From positions 32,001 through 96,000 of the forward strand of contig CAWHXP010000020.1 of assembly GCA_963833425.1 (NCBI GenBank): a stretch of DNA of 64,000 bases, given 5' to 3'. This DNA is from an uncultured Methanosarcinaceae archaeon. GTDB taxonomy: Archaea; Halobacteriota; Methanosarcinia; Methanosarcinales; Methanosarcinaceae. The notes beneath the pieces are model-generated. The model searched no databases, had not been told where the DNA came from, and worked only from the letters and a program-made list of their open reading frames with translations. A program made the position numbers and the translations under genes. Below are positions 1-10,510 of this stretch, in pieces. Numbering within the stretch: the first letter of the stretch is position 1; each line of letters begins with the position of its first letter.

Positions 1-253
1 TAAAGGTAATAACCTATTGGGTATGATCGATATAAAAGAGCTCCTTCAGGCGGATAATAAAGCACTCTTGAAAGATATCATGAATAAGAATGTTATAACC
101 TTGAAGAAAGATAGCATTATTGATGAAGCCACGAAGATGTTTTCCAAATATGGCTTAGGGTCACTTCCAGTGATAGACAATGATAATAAAATAGTCGGAG
201 TTGTCAGGCAAAGAGATGTTGCGAAGCTAACACTCCATTTCATGGGAGATTAA
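1..253 (+). CDS. CBS-domain protein, C-terminal part (MgtE-like CBS pair); 5' end outside window
   Basis: Frame is open from base 2; CBS motifs 'LKDIMNKNVITL...LPVID...IVGVV'. Confidence 0.75.
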   Translation, partial: KGNNLLGMIDIKELLQADNKALLKDIMNKNVITLKKDSIIDEATKMFSKYGLGSLPVIDNDNKIVGVVRQRDVAKLTLHFMGD

Positions 254-576
254 TTCTAAAAAAACAGAGAGTATCGAACCGTTTAAGGTTAAGCTTTATT
301 TTACTGTGAATAAGAGACAATTACAACGGAGCATCTAAGAAAGTTAAATGTAGATGCTAAGATCAGCCGGATCAGCTAACCTAATAAAATGATTTTTGAT
401 CTTTAAATAGATAGTATTGTTTTTTTGTAATCCAGTCAAATTTAGTAGAAGCCTAATTCCTGGCTGAAGATTTAATTTTAGATCTAAATAAAAATTTGAT
501 TCAATTATCATGGAAAATAATAAGACCAATAGAATTTGTAGTAAATTAGTCAACTTTCCAGTCAAATATCTACGAT

Positions 577-966
577 TTACCCATGATTAATTTCGGTCTC
601 AATCTGCAGGAGCCAAACTTTTGCTTCTTTATTACCATCCTTATCGGTCATAGTGCAACCCAATTCATGAATAACACCAAGTTGTTGATCAAACTCAGCT
701 ATTTGCTCTTGCATTGTCTTTTCGTATGATATGAAATATCTATGTTTACCTGTTTTATCAAAAAATACCGGAGTACACAAAAAAGAATGTTTCTCGATTG
801 ATGGGTCACAATCTTCAATAAGTGCACTTGCGACTTTCCAAAGCTGTAACGTACCTTCTTCCCATTTACACGGACGATCTTGGAGATAATCTTCTTTTAA
901 TTCTGGCATTATTTGCAACGCAGTTTTTGGATCAATTTCTTGTCTGTAGCTATCAATGAAACTCAT
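577..966 (-). CDS. Hypothetical protein of the integrated element
   Basis: 129-aa ORF starting 1 nt after the stop of 968..1201, with an AG-rich SD-like sequence upstream. Confidence 0.6.
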   Translation of the reverse strand: MSFIDSYRQEIDPKTALQIMPELKEDYLQDRPCKWEEGTLQLWKVASALIEDCDPSIEKHSFLCTPVFFDKTGKHRYFISYEKTMQEQIAEFDQQLGVIHELGCTMTDKDGNKEAKVWLLQIETEINHG

Positions 967-967
967 T

Positions 968-1201
968 TTACTCTCCTTTCACTTTCTGCCAACCATAACC
1001 GTCGCCTTCAATTTCTATTTTCTTTACTTTACCTTCATTTACAAGCTTATAAAGCATGTTTTTAGCAGTGGATCTGCTGCATCCTACTAAACTCATAATA
1101 GTCGCAGTGGACTTGATACTGTCAATTGAAAGAGCACTTAGGAACATATCTTCTGTAAACTTCTGTTGAAATCTTGTTTTACCACCTTTCATATTATCCA
1201 A
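968..1201 (-). CDS. Small winged-helix DNA-binding protein
   Basis: 'STATIMSLVGCSRSTAKNMLYKLVNEGKVKKIE' fits a wHTH pattern. Confidence 0.7.
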   Translation of the reverse strand: MDNMKGGKTRFQQKFTEDMFLSALSIDSIKSTATIMSLVGCSRSTAKNMLYKLVNEGKVKKIEIEGDGYGWQKVKGE

Positions 1202-1443
1202 TCTAGCAGCCCATAATTTTTCAAGAAACTACGCTACTGTATACTATTTATTAGTATTTATACTTTATTATCACTTATTAATGGTAATGGTTATTGATAA
1301 TATTTTGATGCTTGAATAGCTGGTTATGTAGAAAATTTTGATGGAAGAAGTTTAACCGTGGAAATTTTAAAAATAGAACAGACAAAAATGTGATATTCAG
1401 GCTAACTCTGTTCGTTATGTATATTCCATATTAGAAGCAAGTC

Positions 1444-1752
1444 TTCCACTATTATATTCCCCAAAGTTCCCAATTATTCCTGTTATTTTTCCATTATATT
1501 CCCATTAAAAATAATATAAAAACAATAACAGGGGAATTAAAATCATAATAAAAAGGGGAATTATGTTCCCAAAATAAAAAAATGATATATGATATTTTAA
1601 AGTAATAGCCGAAATATTAGAATGTCAAAAAGTGTAATTTTCTATTTCTCTCTTGCATTTTCGGGTTTTTGGGAACAAAATGTCAACTGATTACGTTTCA
1701 ATGGGAATAAAACGGGAATATTTTGGGATAAATGGGAATTTTAGGGGAATAA
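1444..1752. repeat. Two oppositely oriented arrays of phased TTCC(C)/GGGAA motifs; candidate element origin
   Basis: TTCC at 1444, 1457, 1467, 1477, 1489, 1499; GGGA at 1703, 1714, 1725, 1734, 1745; AT-rich spacer between. Confidence 0.65.
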
Positions 1753-1778
1753 AAGGATCAGTTGACTTCATACCCTAA

Positions 1779-4027
1779 TCAGGCATCCTTCAGGAAGATA
1801 AACTCCTTATCAAATAGTGACCAGAAATTGAACTTTGAGTTATCTATACTGAATTTAAAAGCCTTCCTGCCACTACTGCTTATCAAGGTATCTCCTGCCC
1901 TTTTGTAGTCTATATCAGTTTCTTCGTCCATTTTTAACTCTTTGATCTTGTCAAGAAGCCCACCCACTTCCCTATCTTTTCTTCCAAATAGAGCGCGTTT
2001 AACGGATTGGTAATTAATGCCTGTGTAACTCGATATATCATTAATTGTGCATTTCCCTTTACTCGCTATATATTGGATTATCCGTCTCTCATTTTCGTTA
2101 ATTTTTGTTACTGTGTTCTCTTTTTGAGCTTCAAATAACCTTTTTGCCCTTTCGAAGTCTTCAATCTCAGCTAGTAAATATCCACCGTCGTCAAAGATTC
2201 TCTGCTCCCATTTGAAGGCAGCAAAACCGCGAATCATATCAAGGAACATTGGAAATATGCGTGAATTATTCATATCATGTAGATTTATCCTATCCACAAA
2301 GGGTATTTTAACATTAAATAAATTCTGTTTAAGTTTTCCAAACATTCGTCTACATATAAGTACTTCAGTGTTTATTTCCTGCCCGTTCCCACCATTCGCA
2401 GCTTCGTGTTTCTGCGCATCAAATATCCTTTTTTTCTGCTCGGGATTGCTGTCTGCATCAAAGGTGAGTTGACGCTTTGATAATTGATCTGATACAAAGC
2501 TTTCCACATTCGTTAAGTACCAATTTATACGGGGTGGAATTACCAGAGATATTTGTTTTTGATCTTTAACGGTTGTGTAGTAAGTTTCTTCCTGAAAGTT
2601 TGTTGTAGCTTGTTTTATGACTTCTTCAAATGCAGGGTCAGGATCCTTGTCATCCGAAAAAATAATGATACCTGGAGCTAAATTCATGTAGTAAGCAGCC
2701 TTCGCGCTTAATCCGGTTACACGTTTCCATTTTTTGGGAATTAAATGTAGATGTGTTTTTATTCCGTGTGATTTACCAGAGCCTGAAGCTCCATTTACTG
2801 ATATTTGCAAGCCTGCAGTATTAAGACAACACTGACAGGCTATTGAGACACATATCGCTTCTTGTGTATCTTCGGTCCCCTATATGCTTTTTTGCGATTG
2901 TGTTCAATATATAGTCTATCGGGTCGCCTTCTCTCAATACCCGATCTGATTCTTCATCTGCATGCTGGATAAGTTCTGGGCTAAGGTCCATTTCATCATA
3001 GTCTATGTTTAGGGGATTATCTTTTTGAACTTCTTGTTCGGATTTCTTCTGGCTATATATCTGTTTATTCTGGCCTCTGAAAGTGCAATTATCACATTTT
3101 GAGTTAAGGTCATCAGCAAGTGTAATGCTTCCTAACTCTCTCTGGATAGTTTCACATTTCCAAGGGCTTTTTATTTTGCATCCGTCTCCACCTAGTTCAG
3201 AATCACTTTGTGACTGTGTGTAATCATCTCTAAAAAGGTATTTACAGGCAAGGTGTAAAATTTCAGGGTCTGCACCATTAGCCTTCATATCTGCCATAAG
3301 TGCCAGAGTTAACTGTCTGCCTGTGCTGGTATGCAATTCTGTGATATTCGGACTTTCTTGATGGGCTTTGAATTTTTCACGTAGACAGGGCTTGCACTTT
3401 TGCAAAATCACTTTTAACTTATTATTGGTTCCAAATAGGGCTATAAGCCTGTTTATGAGTTTTTCAGGCATTTCTGGGGCATCTTCAAGTGTCCTGATTT
3501 CCCTATTAAATGAGTAAATCTGCCCGTTTTTATGCTTGCTTGGGGGTAGGACTGCATTATTGCCATTTGTTAAAATTTCTATGCCTAAATCGTGATGTTT
3601 TTTGAGCTTTCAGAGCTTCGGTGTATTTAAAGAAGATATGTCCCCGGTTCGTTGTCCTTTTCGACATCAACCAATTATCTGTGTTTAATCCAGCTGTGAG
3701 TTCGTTCCATATTGCAGGATTCCAGTCGTCCAGATCGATTAGAATAAGACCTGATCTTTTCCCGCATTGCAAGCCAATGTTTGCATTCTCAAAGTAAAAA
3801 CTCCTACTAGATCCCCAATATTTTTCTATTTCTCTTTCCGTTAAGGCACTTTCCCTTTTTTGCCAGTCATTTACCAAAACTCCTTTACCTGGGCTCTGTT
3901 TTCCCCCTGTTTTAGGGTTTATCTCAGGTGCATTGGGATTTATCAAAGGATGTACTATCATTCCTAACCTTGTGTAATTTAATGCAGCTTCAAGCATTGT
4001 AGGTTCAGAACTCATCTTTTCAGCCAT
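1779..4027 (-). pseudogene. Prim-Pol primase/polymerase fused to a P-loop NTPase (helicase-like) and C-terminal wHTH; about 748 aa after repairing two +1 frameshifts
   Basis: 'NIGLQCGKRSGLILIDLD' and 'RGHIFFK'; removing one A near 3600 gives 'LGIEILTNGNNAVLPPSKH' in frame with ORF 2821..3471; removing one base near 2874 leads into Walker A 'GASGSGKS'. Confidence 0.8.
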
Positions 4028-4747
4028 CCTTCAAACTGTAGATCCGTAACCGATACATTGGAAAAGGACTGATCAGGTGCTCGTTTTAAATTTATGAAAT
4101 GCCTGATGTTTTGTCTACTTCTTTCAGAATAAACCATATCAAGAGAATCAAAATTCATTCATCCTCTATCCTGTTGCTCTTCCCAACATCTCTTAGGTTC
4201 CATATGGAATTCATAGAGATGATGAGTCGTAGGTCTCTGCCTACTACTAAAAAAATATTCCAGATCGGAGAAACTTGGCATCAAAATCCCACTCCCAAGC
4301 GACAAGATCTCGTAATATCTGCTCTCGAGCAATTCTCTGGTTCTTCTGGAAGACGCCACGGGTTATAAGTATCGGTATGTCTAGAACAACTCTGTCTATG
4401 CCAATAATAAAACAAATTATTAATTTGACTAAGCACCTTGTCTCTGTGTCCATCTGCGGATGTGACGAGAGAATTGTAAGTAATTTGAAATCTGGTACTA
4501 TCAAAATTGTGATAAAAAACACTAATACCACTTTGTTTATACGCAGAATATTTCATGGGTTTTATTCCCCCTTGAATTCGAAGAGAACAACAGAACCCTT
4601 AGCATCAGAACCATCATTTGAATAAGATATTATTATTAACTATGAAAGTATAATTAATAATAGTTCAGTCATTGGAGATGACGATCTGAATTGCCTAGGA
4701 CAGGGCTCAATCTGTCCTGGGCTCAAATCTCTCAATTTTTGTTACCT

Positions 4748-5152
4748 TTATTCATTTTCTCTAGGTCGTTCACCGGAAATCTTCAATGCATTATCTCCAA
4801 GCATCTCGATTTTCACAGAATCCCCTTCTTGGAAAATATTATGCACTGTCTTACCCTCGAGTAACACTTTGAGAATGTCTAAGGATTCAAATTCTTCTGC
4901 ACTTTTAGTGACCAAATCTGATAATGTAGCCACTTTTAGTGTTTTAGAACTAAGTGCTGCAAACATTTTAGGCTCCCGAAGAACGTTTATTTGAGATAAA
5001 TAATTGTCTAATATTTCATACAATGATATTAGTACTTCATCTATATGCCTAAAACTGGCATCAGTTATTTCAAGCATATATTCGTCCGATAACGAATTCA
5101 AATTTTCTTTACACCGAATAGCTAAATCTTTTTTATAATTCATAGTAATCAC
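4748..5152 (-). CDS. Hypothetical protein (element cargo)
   Basis: 134-aa ORF with normal composition; a GGTGA SD-like sequence precedes the internal ATG. Confidence 0.55.
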   Translation of the reverse strand: MITMNYKKDLAIRCKENLNSLSDEYMLEITDASFRHIDEVLISLYEILDNYLSQINVLREPKMFAALSSKTLKVATLSDLVTKSAEEFESLDILKVLLEGKTVHNIFQEGDSVKIEMLGDNALKISGERPRENE

Positions 5153-5269
5153 CTTACAAAATTATCCATATTTTCGAATTTGTTGAATTAGATGTCCTTA
5201 GGCTGTACATGCAACCGTTAGTTGCAGAGCTAAAAAAGGAAATTATATTTAGCATGTAGACTATGTTAT

Positions 5270-5575
5270 TCATGATGCGTAACTTCTCATTTCTGGGTCG
5301 CTCTGTTCTTGTGGGTCACTCGCGATGAAAGTAGGCGTCTGTATGGGTGTTTTGCAAACTTTCCGACTGCTTGGCCGCGACGGTATTTGCGAAACGCCTT
5401 TAGCAACACTTTTAATTAATATAGCCTGTGCCTGTTCATACACATTTCCACACTTAATTCTATAGTCAATTAAGTCAGAGAATTCTGTATAAAATTTTTT
5501 AAACATTTCTATCGTTTCTGGTTTTAGATCGTTCATTTGCTTCTCTCTCCCAGATGCATTACATTTTTTGAACAT
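5270..5575 (-). CDS. Hypothetical protein (element cargo); start may be the internal MNDLK
   Basis: 101-aa ORF co-oriented with its neighbours. Confidence 0.5.
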   Translation of the reverse strand: MFKKCNASGREKQMNDLKPETIEMFKKFYTEFSDLIDYRIKCGNVYEQAQAILIKSVAKGVSQIPSRPSSRKVCKTPIQTPTFIASDPQEQSDPEMRSYAS

Positions 5576-5601
5576 GCAGCTATCGAACTCTCTTGTGTAG
5601 T

Positions 5602-5781
5602 TTAATAGACGATATTTTCATGGCACGTATCACCTGCTATAATTCTAAGTTGATTTTCACTGTCCATCTCTATCATCACACTTTTCACATCTGAATCCCA
5701 CGATTTCATCCAAATCATCGGTAGAGCTATCATAAAGCTTCCTCCCTGTTTTATCACAGTTCTTTTCCCGAATTTAAACAT
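5602..5781 (-). CDS. AbrB/MazE/SpoVT-type DNA-binding protein
   Basis: 'KRTVIKQGGSFMIALPMIWMK...VMIEMD' swapped-hairpin pattern; GGTGA SD before the ATG at 5781. Confidence 0.7.
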   Translation of the reverse strand: MFKFGKRTVIKQGGSFMIALPMIWMKSWDSDVKSVMIEMDSENQLRIIAGDTCHENIVY

Positions 5782-5980
5782 GATTTCACCTTTATGTGCT
5801 AGCCTGTTGATTTGCTGTAAAGAGAAATCCCAAGAAGCTAAGGAAAAATGCCACATCGGGCTAGCAAATAATGCAGAGTATGCAAAAATTTGATTTTATC
5901 TTTATAGCCAATTCGCGAGACTTTCAATTATTACTATTGTAGCACAAATCTAATAGAGGTTAGACATTTATATTTATTTT

Positions 5981-6065
5981 TAATCGACAATAATTAAAAA
6001 ATCAGCGATAATTGACAATAATTAAAAAACTTGACGATAATCGACAATAATTAAAAAATTGGCGT
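5981..6065. repeat. Three tandem 28-29 bp direct repeats (core TAATYGACAATAATTAAAAAA)
   Basis: Copies start at 5981, 6009 and 6038, between divergently transcribed genes. Confidence 0.85.
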
Positions 6066-6152
6066 GAATCAACAAAAGATCACAATTTGTCGAGTATTAA
6101 ATTTATTATTTATAGATATATTCTAATATGAATTAGAACTAGCTATTATGGT

Positions 6153-7172
6153 ATGCAACGAGATAATCTGCAAGTAGAAACGACTGCAGAACGAATTTTA
6201 GGCAGTTTGTTAGAGTCTTATAAAACGACTGCAGAACTAGCAACCGAACTAGGTTATGTCAATCAAGCAGGCAATGCACGTTACAATATGATTTATAGAG
6301 CTTTAAAACAACTTAAAAAAAACGGTTATGTTGAAGGTTATAAAGTAAAATTAGGAAAATATGGAAACGATCCGACATTATATTCAATAGGTTTCAATAT
6401 TCAGAATCTAACTTACATATTGGAAGAATATCCAGGCTTAATATCAAAAATGCAAAAAAATGATTCAATTTGTGAGAATATATTCCGCGAGCATTTGGAT
6501 TTAATTTATGATTCAAGTAAGAAGGATGGGGATGAATATGCAGAAGTGACACTTTTTGAAAAAATAGAAACATCATTTAAAAAAAAATTGCAGTTATCAT
6601 ATGAATTTTTCAGACTTTTCTTGACTACTGACAAAAATAAATTGATTAATAACATTAAAAAACATAATGGATTTTTAGAGAATAAGGTATGCATGACGAA
6701 TCGTAAATCTGATCCGGATCCGAATAAATTGATAGAAATCGATAGAATAACCTTCGACATCGATAAAATATTCAGATTATGTGTTTGGAGGGATACATCT
6801 AAAGGACAAATGTGTATAGAAGGTGTAAACTACTTAGCACAAATGAAATGCGAACTATCATGTGAAGAAGAGCAAGAAGAATATATCGAGTACTTACGAA
6901 TAGAAACAAGATTCTCAGATTTACAAATCAAAAAATTAAGACAGGAAGTCATAAAATACTTGAACCAAATAAAAAACGAAATAGCAGATGCAGACAGTGA
7001 GAAATTAAAAGAAATAGTTGCCCATATTTGGTTTTTAAGATTCGTACTCATAAACTACATAATAAAAACAAAAAACGAAATGTCGGATGCAGAAATTACG
7101 AAATTAATAAACTCTGATGATAAATATAATATTGAAACAGATTTGTTAACTCTTTTGTACGAGAACACCTGA
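6153..7172 (+). CDS. N-terminal winged-helix regulator of the integrated element
   Basis: 'KTTAELATELGY...IYRALKQLKKNGYV' wHTH; 339 aa, intact. Confidence 0.7.
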   Translation: MQRDNLQVETTAERILGSLLESYKTTAELATELGYVNQAGNARYNMIYRALKQLKKNGYVEGYKVKLGKYGNDPTLYSIGFNIQNLTYILEEYPGLISKMQKNDSICENIFREHLDLIYDSSKKDGDEYAEVTLFEKIETSFKKKLQLSYEFFRLFLTTDKNKLINNIKKHNGFLENKVCMTNRKSDPDPNKLIEIDRITFDIDKIFRLCVWRDTSKGQMCIEGVNYLAQMKCELSCEEEQEEYIEYLRIETRFSDLQIKKLRQEVIKYLNQIKNEIADADSEKLKEIVAHIWFLRFVLINYIIKTKNEMSDAEITKLINSDDKYNIETDLLTLLYENT

Positions 7173-7429
7173 TTAGAATAAATTAATTCCCATTAAAAAT
7201 TTCAAAGTTAACGGGATAATAGTCTTTGAATACAGGTTAACATAACAACTTATTGAATATTTCTCCATTTACTCGACTATTGCGCTACCGCATTCTAAAA
7301 ATAAGGAGATATGCGCTTTAATACATTTTGGATAAGCGATCTTTTTATTCTATCTGATTAGCTTTGTTTAATATATTAATACATGTATTCAATAACCATA
7401 AATAAATAATAACATTTTATGTTTAAATT

Positions 7430-8647
7430 TTAAGTTTGCTTGTTCAAGAGTTTTTTGACTTCGATGGCTATTTTCTCCAAAACTTTTGGGTCTACACTGG
7501 AAACTTCTAAGAAGGATAAATCTAGTTTTTCTTTATCTTTTTCTAGTTTTAGGGAGGTTGCTTGATCGAGAACCAGTGAACATTGGCTACAAAATTTATC
7601 ATCCGGTTTTAACACATTATTACACCGTGGGCATCTTTTAAGTGTAACGTGTCTTTTGTCTTCAGTTTTGAGCCCGTATTTCTCAAAAATACTATTGTTA
7701 ATTTCGTGATCTGTGAAATTTGCATAAATTTTGAACATTTGAGTACTGCCCCGACTCCAGCCCGCTCTGTGCTTAATTTCCTGCTCATTAAGACCATCTA
7801 AAATCCAGTTTGTTATAGCCATATGTCGTAGCAAATGTGGATATACATTTTTCTTGATGCCTACTTTCTCGGCTGTAGTCTTTATCATTTTTCGGATAGC
7901 TTTATAACTTACAGCTTCTTTATTTTTGTTAAGAGTAATCCATAAGGGAGCTTCTGGATCTTCGTGAAAAGGATGAACTGCAAGCCACTGATTCAAATAT
8001 CCAGCGCTCCAAGTAAGTGGTAACCCTTTTGCTGATGTAGTCTTGTTAACTCCCATTTTTGAAAGGTAAATCATCGCCCCATATTGGTTAAAACTCACAT
8101 TTTTAACCCTACAGGATGCCAGAGCTCCCACTCTCATTCCGCTATCTGCAAGAATTGCAATGATTGCTTTATCTCGTGGATGCCTACAGCCTTCAAGAAG
8201 GTGGGTGAACTCATCTTTGGTCAGTATGTCGGAAGGTTGCACAGGGCTTTCAACTGATTTTAGCTTAAGATCCATGACCCATTTAGGAGAGTTCCCACCT
8301 GTGGACCATCTGAAAAACTTTTTAATCAATTTTTTATAATTTCTGATAGTGTTAGAAGATAATTTTCTTTCATCTTCAAAGGAAATAAGCAATCTATCAA
8401 AAGTATCAGGATCCAACTCGTTCAAGGTTTCATTAAATCCCAGTTCTTGAAGTTGCTCGACCATCCAAGTTGTATAGTATAGGTACCATACTAGTGTTGT
8501 TTTCGCAGCTCCTTCTCGTCGAAGAGCAATTGAAAAATTTTCAATTAATGCTTTGTTTTCTTTTCCAATCTCTGCATTTTCCAATCTCTGTTTTGCTTTT
8601 AAGTAACCAACATCAATACAATGAACATCATCAACCGATTTAGTCAT
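7430..8647 (-). CDS. Tyrosine recombinase/integrase with C-terminal zinc ribbon
   Basis: Catalytic motifs 'SGMRVG', 'PHLLRH', 'AGW', 'IY'; C-terminal 'CPRC...FCSQC'. Confidence 0.92.
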   Translation of the reverse strand: MTKSVDDVHCIDVGYLKAKQRLENAEIGKENKALIENFSIALRREGAAKTTLVWYLYYTTWMVEQLQELGFNETLNELDPDTFDRLLISFEDERKLSSNTIRNYKKLIKKFFRWSTGGNSPKWVMDLKLKSVESPVQPSDILTKDEFTHLLEGCRHPRDKAIIAILADSGMRVGALASCRVKNVSFNQYGAMIYLSKMGVNKTTSAKGLPLTWSAGYLNQWLAVHPFHEDPEAPLWITLNKNKEAVSYKAIRKMIKTTAEKVGIKKNVYPHLLRHMAITNWILDGLNEQEIKHRAGWSRGSTQMFKIYANFTDHEINNSIFEKYGLKTEDKRHVTLKRCPRCNNVLKPDDKFCSQCSLVLDQATSLKLEKDKEKLDLSFLEVSSVDPKVLEKIAIEVKKLLNKQT

Positions 8648-8859
8648 GTATATCTAACATATATTTAGGACTATAAACTTTTGGATTATAGACCAAATAG
8701 ATAAATAAACTTTAACAGAAACAAACAAGTATACTGACAAATTCAAAGAGCAAATTCAAGAGTTGAATTTTTAGCAAATCATAGCGTGGAAAGAGAGATT
8801 TGAATCCTCAATCATTTAAGGAAGTGAATAGAATCCACTTTATCTAAACCCACAAAAAA

Positions 8860-9095
8860 GGAAAGTGCGATAATAATCCAAAAACAAAAGCAAAAAACTT
8901 GCTAGATACGTTTATAAAGCACCAGGAAAAAAATATTTAGGTCCCTTATAGATCTGAGAGCTTCATTGAAAGCAACCAGAAGGAAGCACATCAAAATAAT
9001 TAAATTACAGCAAATAAATGGTGAAAACTTTCAGAAAAACACAATTAGCTGTTGCTTTGCAGAACTAGAGTTTACATATCTACAATAAAATGGAG
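8860..9095 (+). pseudogene. IS66-family transposase C-terminal relic
   Basis: Broken translation 'NNPKTKAKNLLDTFIKHQEK...IKLQQ...VYISTIK' resembles the IS66 C-terminus (recalled pattern). Confidence 0.6.
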
Positions 9096-9169
9096 AATCT
9101 TTATAGTTAAATCGAAAATTTAAATAGGAAAATTTTCAACTATATGTTTCGAAAGGATAAAAATTAGAT

Positions 9170-9525
9170 GGAAATTTAATGCCAGTTCTAAGTATTTGGA
9201 AAATTGATACAGCAATTCTAATTGCTGAAAATAGGCAATTTCAATGATTTTTCTTTAGAGATAAGCTTTTTCATAGCTTGAGTATTTCCAATATCAATCT
9301 GCTGATAAATCTACTACTGATGTATCACAAAAGAGTATCAAATTAGAAAGATGGATTCTAATACGGATTGTTTAGGTAAAGCCAGACCGAAAATTGCAAT
9401 TGAAAATGGTTTTTTAACCGGAGAATAAATAAATTGGACATGTGAAGATAATTAATATCGTAGCACGGAAAATTGAAACAACAATCTGGTACCTTTTGCA
9501 AATGATAAAATTTATGAAGATTAAC
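9170..9525 (+). pseudogene. IS110-family transposase relic
   Basis: Broken translation 'AILIAE...DKL...SADK...RWIL...VARKIETTIWYL...IYED'. Confidence 0.55.
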
Positions 9526-10028
9526 GAGGAAACTAGAAGAGCTAAATTCAACAAAGGGAGATTATTGAGACATCTCTCTTTTTTGTTGATGGACGTATAT
9601 AAATAGTTAGTGGATTAAGCGTAATTTTGAGGAAAAAAATGATGGAGAGATATGTAAGAAGAATCTCAGATATTTTCATACCAAATTACTTCCGAATTAC
9701 TTAATAAAATTAAGTAGATAAAGAGATCTAATGTTTCATACTCGATAATAAGTATGTACATTAAATTAAGAAATCTACCCGCATAATGATCCCAAAATAG
9801 TTTTGTAGGGACTTGAATAATCTATATTTCATAAATCTAAAATATTGATTTTTCTATGGACAAGTACAAAAAAATAGTATTAAGATCTATGGATTAGGTT
9901 TTTTTTCTTGGGAATTATTTGGGATAGATTGTTAATAAATAAGAACAGTCATTCGGAACTACAGCTGATGAGAACTACTATTTTCGTGGATAGATTTATT
10001 TAAGGGGTAAGATAAAATAAGATTCATT

Positions 10029-10322
10029 ATGGCTAAGGTAAAGGTTAAGTTATTTGCAAATCTGCGTGAAGCTGCAGACACACACGAACTCCTACTTTCT
10101 GGAGAGAAAGCTTTCAACGTTCTGCTATCCCTCACGGAAAAATATCCAGTGTTAAAAAACCTTATTTTTGAGAAGATAGATGAAAAAAATGAAACTCTTA
10201 CTCTTTGTGGCTCCGTCAGTGTTCTTATCAATGGAAACAATGTTCGACACTTGGAAGGGCTTGATACCATCCTTACAGATTTAGATGAAATCGCAGTTCT
10301 TCCTCCTGTTTCAGGGGGCTGA
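10029..10322 (+). CDS. Ubiquitin-like small archaeal modifier / MoaD-ThiS family sulfur carrier
   Basis: 'VKVKLFANLRE...IAVLPPVSGG' with C-terminal diglycine. Confidence 0.92.
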   Translation: MAKVKVKLFANLREAADTHELLLSGEKAFNVLLSLTEKYPVLKNLIFEKIDEKNETLTLCGSVSVLINGNNVRHLEGLDTILTDLDEIAVLPPVSGG

Positions 10323-10344
10323 TTTTTTCCAGGAGGAGTGGATC

Positions 10345-10510
10345 CTGGGTAGGATGTTCAAAGATAATAATTATATTGATGAAGCTTTGAGACTTTTCCT
10401 TGAAAGCATCTCATATATCTGGGTGCAAAGGAGTTATTAATTTGAGCCTGTACAGATAGTGTGTGCTTTGTGCAGAGGCTATAGTTTTCGGGAGGAATAG
10501 TCCTACTACA
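10345..10510 (+). pseudogene. moeA: MoeA (molybdopterin molybdotransferase) 5' remnant
   Basis: After an AGGAGG SD, 'GRMFKDNNYIDEALRLFLESIS...AEAIVFGRN', then degenerate; expected position after a moaD-like gene. Confidence 0.55.

Larger units (their letters stand above)
577..8700. mobile_element. Integrated plasmid/provirus-like element; boundaries uncertain
   Basis: Integrase, regulators, primase-helicase and repeats cluster together; no att pair found. Confidence 0.7.

Noticed and set aside
4099..4625. Overlapping short ORFs on both strands
   Set aside because: No recognisable motif; possibly one broken membrane-protein gene, but I could not reconstruct it.
5981..6065. Mini-CRISPR
   Set aside because: Variable segments are only ~7 bp.
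8783..8810. tRNA 3'-end-like fragment (GAGGATTCAAATCTCTC) as att site of the integrase
   Set aside because: The T-stem is imperfect and no partner copy was found in the window; kept only as a weak possibility.
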